Source of the DNA: Octopus sinensis
Lineage: Eukaryota
Reading direction: 5' to 3'
NCBI RefSeq assembly: GCF_006345805.1
Contig: NC_042998.1
Coordinates: forward strand, 86,862,001 to 86,926,000
DNA length: 64,000 nucleotides
A program made the translations under genes and the position numbers. Each line of letters starts with the position of its first letter. Position 1 is the stretch's first letter. This document shows, in pieces, positions 60,865-64,000 of the stretch. Under the pieces are notes generated by a model. The model did not search any database. It saw only the letters and a program-made list of their open reading frames with translations, and was not told the DNA's origin.

Positions 60865-61900
60865 TCTTTATTGCTTACTTTTAATCTGCATGTTTGTTAC
60901 AATCAGTTGCCAAGACACACACAGCATCCTGGGGGTAAGTAAAGCGGAAGAGATGTTACAGTATGACTGAAATCTTGGGGAGTGGGTGTAGCAAAATATC
61001 TCCATATAATACAACACAGACATTTAAATAGATAGGGTTTTCTGAGGATGTGGGCAGTACTTGTCAGCAAAATCTTTTGGATTTCTCTGAGACATGGTTT
61101 TCTTGGGATCTTATGTAGATGTTTCTGGCATCCTTTTTTAAAATTTATATTTCTTTCATTTTTTTATTATTATAATTGTTTTGACTTAGGATTAATCTTA
61201 TTCCTGGTAGAATTTACGTAGGTTGCATGTTACTATCTGTAATTTTAGATATCCACATGATGAACCATGCAATGTTCAAAACCTTTGTAATGGTATTCTC
61301 TGCTCCTAAGAGGCAAATCTTCTTTAGAAGCTCTGCAGGAGATTCCATTCCAGTCTTCTTTATTCATTTGCAGTCTCTAACGCAGCAATTACCACAGTCA
61401 CAATCTTTACAGATTTTTGTTGTTTTTGTTATTTTTGTTGTTTTTGTTGTTTTTGTTGCTGTTAAGGCAGTTGATTGTCAAAATCATTACAGTGTCAGAG
61501 ACAAAATCCTTGTGGTGTTTGTATTGGTGCTTTTACATTCACAAGTTAAATCTTGTCCAGGCTATATTTGCTGTTCATCCCTCCAGAAGCAATGTAATAA
61601 AGTACCAATGAAGTACAGGGATCAGTTCAATTAACTAATCCCCATCCAACAAATTGTTGGATTTCTGCCACAGAAATTATTATTTAATTATTGATGTTGT
61701 TGTTATGTGGTTTTTATGTTTATGTTTACTGTTCTGTGAAAATCCTTATTGATTGACATTTCTTGCTCTTCTAGCGACCTGAATCACCTGGAGCTGCCAA
61801 CAGCAATGAAAAGAATTTCACAAGTATTATTACAGTCACTGTGATGTTGGTTTGCATATTCATCATTACGATGCTTCTGTCTCATGCAGGTAATCAGAGG
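60865..61900 (-). mobile_element. Two older R4-like 3' fragments
   Basis: EIQKILLTSTAHILRKTLSI* (about 61050-61100); VKIVTVVIAALET and LKKICLLGAENTITKVL (61260-61420). Confidence 0.6.
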
Positions 61901-62864
61901 TTGGTAGTTCCCAAACTGATGAACTCATTTTCTTTTATATATTTACCAAATATAAACTTTTGAAAATTTTATATGGAATGATTTCAAATCAAAGAAGCTT
62001 TTGTGATCAGAGATGAAGGTCAAAATTCATTCATAGATGAGGTAAAATATTGCTAACAAGTTTTGTAACATTGACATTTAGGATGACTTTCCAAGTGAAT
62101 TGTAATATTTGGAAGGAAGTATGAATTTATTGAGAAGCTGTTAATTAAAAATTGGAGAACAGATTTTTAAAATTTTAAACGGGCTCAAATATTTTATACA
62201 CATTAGTACCTTTAAGCTGCAAAATGAGTGTGTTGTGTTGGGCCCCTCTTGGGTTGGGTAAACAAAAGGCTTGGACTGCTTACTGGCAATCTCACTTTAT
62301 TTGTGCAGACTCTCAAGACATTGTATAACATTTGAATGATAGTGTTCAAGATATAGTGAAGTTCCAGAAATAGTAAGTCATACATTCAAGTAGTATGTCT
62401 TGGTTGCAGCTAATGAGAATGCATTGACAAAATTTGAAACAGTATTATCATCCACGAGACATTAATATTTTAAAAGAATGTTTAAGCCTTTTGTTAACTT
62501 ATTTCTTTTGAAATACAACGACCTTTGTTTCAATTAAGTTTGAAAATAACAAAGAATTCAGTAAAATAATTTTTTATCATTAAAGTGATGTTTAACATGA
62601 AAGATTTCGTTTAGATTACTTTAAACAGGAAGTTTATATCATAGAACCAGGGACAGTCTCAGGTGGGTTGTTATTATTAGAGTTAAGAAGATTACAAAAT
62701 ATTGAAACATTGTGTTGCCCCCAAATAAATTGTTTGGAAGATAGGTAAGTGTGACTAAATTGGCATTGGTAAACATGATGAACTTATGGATACAATAGTG
62801 ATGATGGAAGTGTTTTTCAAACTATATAAAAATGGAAGAGAAGGTTGGGAAGACATTAGTAACA

Positions 62865-62866
62865 AT

Positions 62867-62899
<33 letters not shown>

Positions 62900-63668
62900 G
62901 TCTAAAGTCAGTTTTCCATGCTAGCATGGGGTGGACGGTTTGACTGGGGTCTGGGAAGCCAGGAGGCTACACCAGGCTCCAGTCTGATCTGGCAGTGTTT
63001 CTACAGCTGGATGCTCTTCCTAACACCAACCACTCCATGAGTGTAGTGGGTGCTTTTTACGTGCCAGGCAAGGCTGGCAACGGCCATGATCAGTTGGTGC
63101 TTTTTACGTGCTACCGGCATGGAAGCCAGTCAAGGCCGCGCTGGCAACGGCTACGTTCAGATGGTGCTTTTTATTTGCCACTGGCACTGGTATCACAACT
63201 ACAATTTCCATTGATTTTTTGATCGATTTTGATTTCACTTGCCTCAACAGCTCTTCGCAAGCAGAGTTTTGTGTCCAAAGAAGGAAAGGTATGCATAAGT
63301 GGACTGGCTACATCCCAGGTAAAGGCCACGGGTTATGGTCTCATTTGTCCTGCCAGGTCTTCTCTGCCTTGGTGAGACCTAATGTTTGAAGGTCGTGCTT
63401 CACCACCTCGCCCCAGGTTTTCCTGGTCTACCTCTTCCACAAGTTCCTTCAACCGCTAGGGTGTGGCACGTTTTCACACACCTGTCTTCATCCATTCTCG
63501 CACACCACAACTGATGCTTCTTAGGTCCAACTTTTCTCTCAAGGTACTTACACTCTGTCGAGTATGAACACTGACATTACACATCCATCGGAGCATACTG
63601 GCTTCATTTCTTGCAAGCTTGTGCATATCCTCAGCAGTCACGGTCCATGTTTCACTGCCATGTAGCAT
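62865..63668 (-). mobile_element. RTE LINE 3' end plus RTE-tail SINE
   Basis: MLHGSETWTVTAEDMHKLARNE; (GAT)n tail on the minus strand. Confidence 0.82.
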
Positions 63669-63669
63669 G

Positions 63670-64000
63670 AATAGGCAAAAAAATTTTGTTGGAGTACCTT
63701 ATAGTAAATAGTGACTTTGAAATCCTACTAGACCACAATGCATGATTTTTTTGAATGGATATTCTGGTTAGGAAGCTGTTTTGGAGGATCCTCAAACAAA
63801 CACCATGATCTTTTTCTCACTATATTATTGTAAACAATCCAATTTTCATCTCCAGTTACCAGTTGCTTCAAGAAAGGCTTATTTCCATTGCATTTTAGAA
63901 GAATATCAGAGATACCAGTCTCTGCAGTTTTGTTCTGACAGTTTGTGAAGCACCCAAACGTAAAAGTATTCGTAAATGGTACTTTTGGAAACTTCCAACT
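63670..64000 (-). mobile_element. Mariner transposase fragment running off the window
   Basis: WVLHKLSE..FLKQLVTGDENWIVYNN..RKRSW. Confidence 0.8.

Noticed and set aside
61227-61634. 135-aa hydrophobic plus-strand ORF and a minus-strand CKDCDCGNCC peptide
   Set aside because: Overlaps a decayed R4-like 3' end plus an (AACAACAAA)n expansion; no splice or domain support.
63850-64000. Next cadherin exon after exon M
   Set aside because: The AG-preceded frames have no cadherin motifs; the minus strand is a mariner transposase.

Overview
This is AT-rich eukaryotic genomic DNA. The repeat landscape (tRNA-derived SINEs, RTE-tail SINEs ending in (GAT)n, abundant (TA)n/(TAA)n/(CATA)n) suggests an octopus or other coleoid cephalopod; that is inferred from repeat style and was not verified by a search. 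The window is the interior of one plus-strand multi-exon cadherin gene. I traced 13 exons by hand (9693-53722, 2843 coding bp, all GT-AG, all phases compatible). They splice into one uninterrupted frame of about 947 aa: 8 complete and 2 partial extracellular cadherin (EC) repeats, resembling the cadherin-23/Cad88C type. Neither end of the gene is in the window, and five exons are missing from the ORF track. The introns are packed with mostly decayed mobile elements: R4/Dong-clade RLE non-LTR elements (one nearly intact and full length, flanked by TAA repeats), RTE and CR1 LINEs, a Penelope-like element, Ty3/Gypsy gag relics, mariner and DD37D (maT) transposons, MITEs and SINEs. Several long inverted repeats are present, including a perfect palindrome with 184-bp arms. 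Most listed ORFs are TE fragments, antisense shadows or microsatellite artefacts. There is no CRISPR array, rRNA, true tRNA gene or prokaryotic feature, and I cannot demonstrate a clearly new biological system. The best leads are the hairpin/dsRNA elements, the near-intact TAA-targeting retroelement, a hammerhead-ribozyme relic and a candidate TM-encoding cryptic exon.
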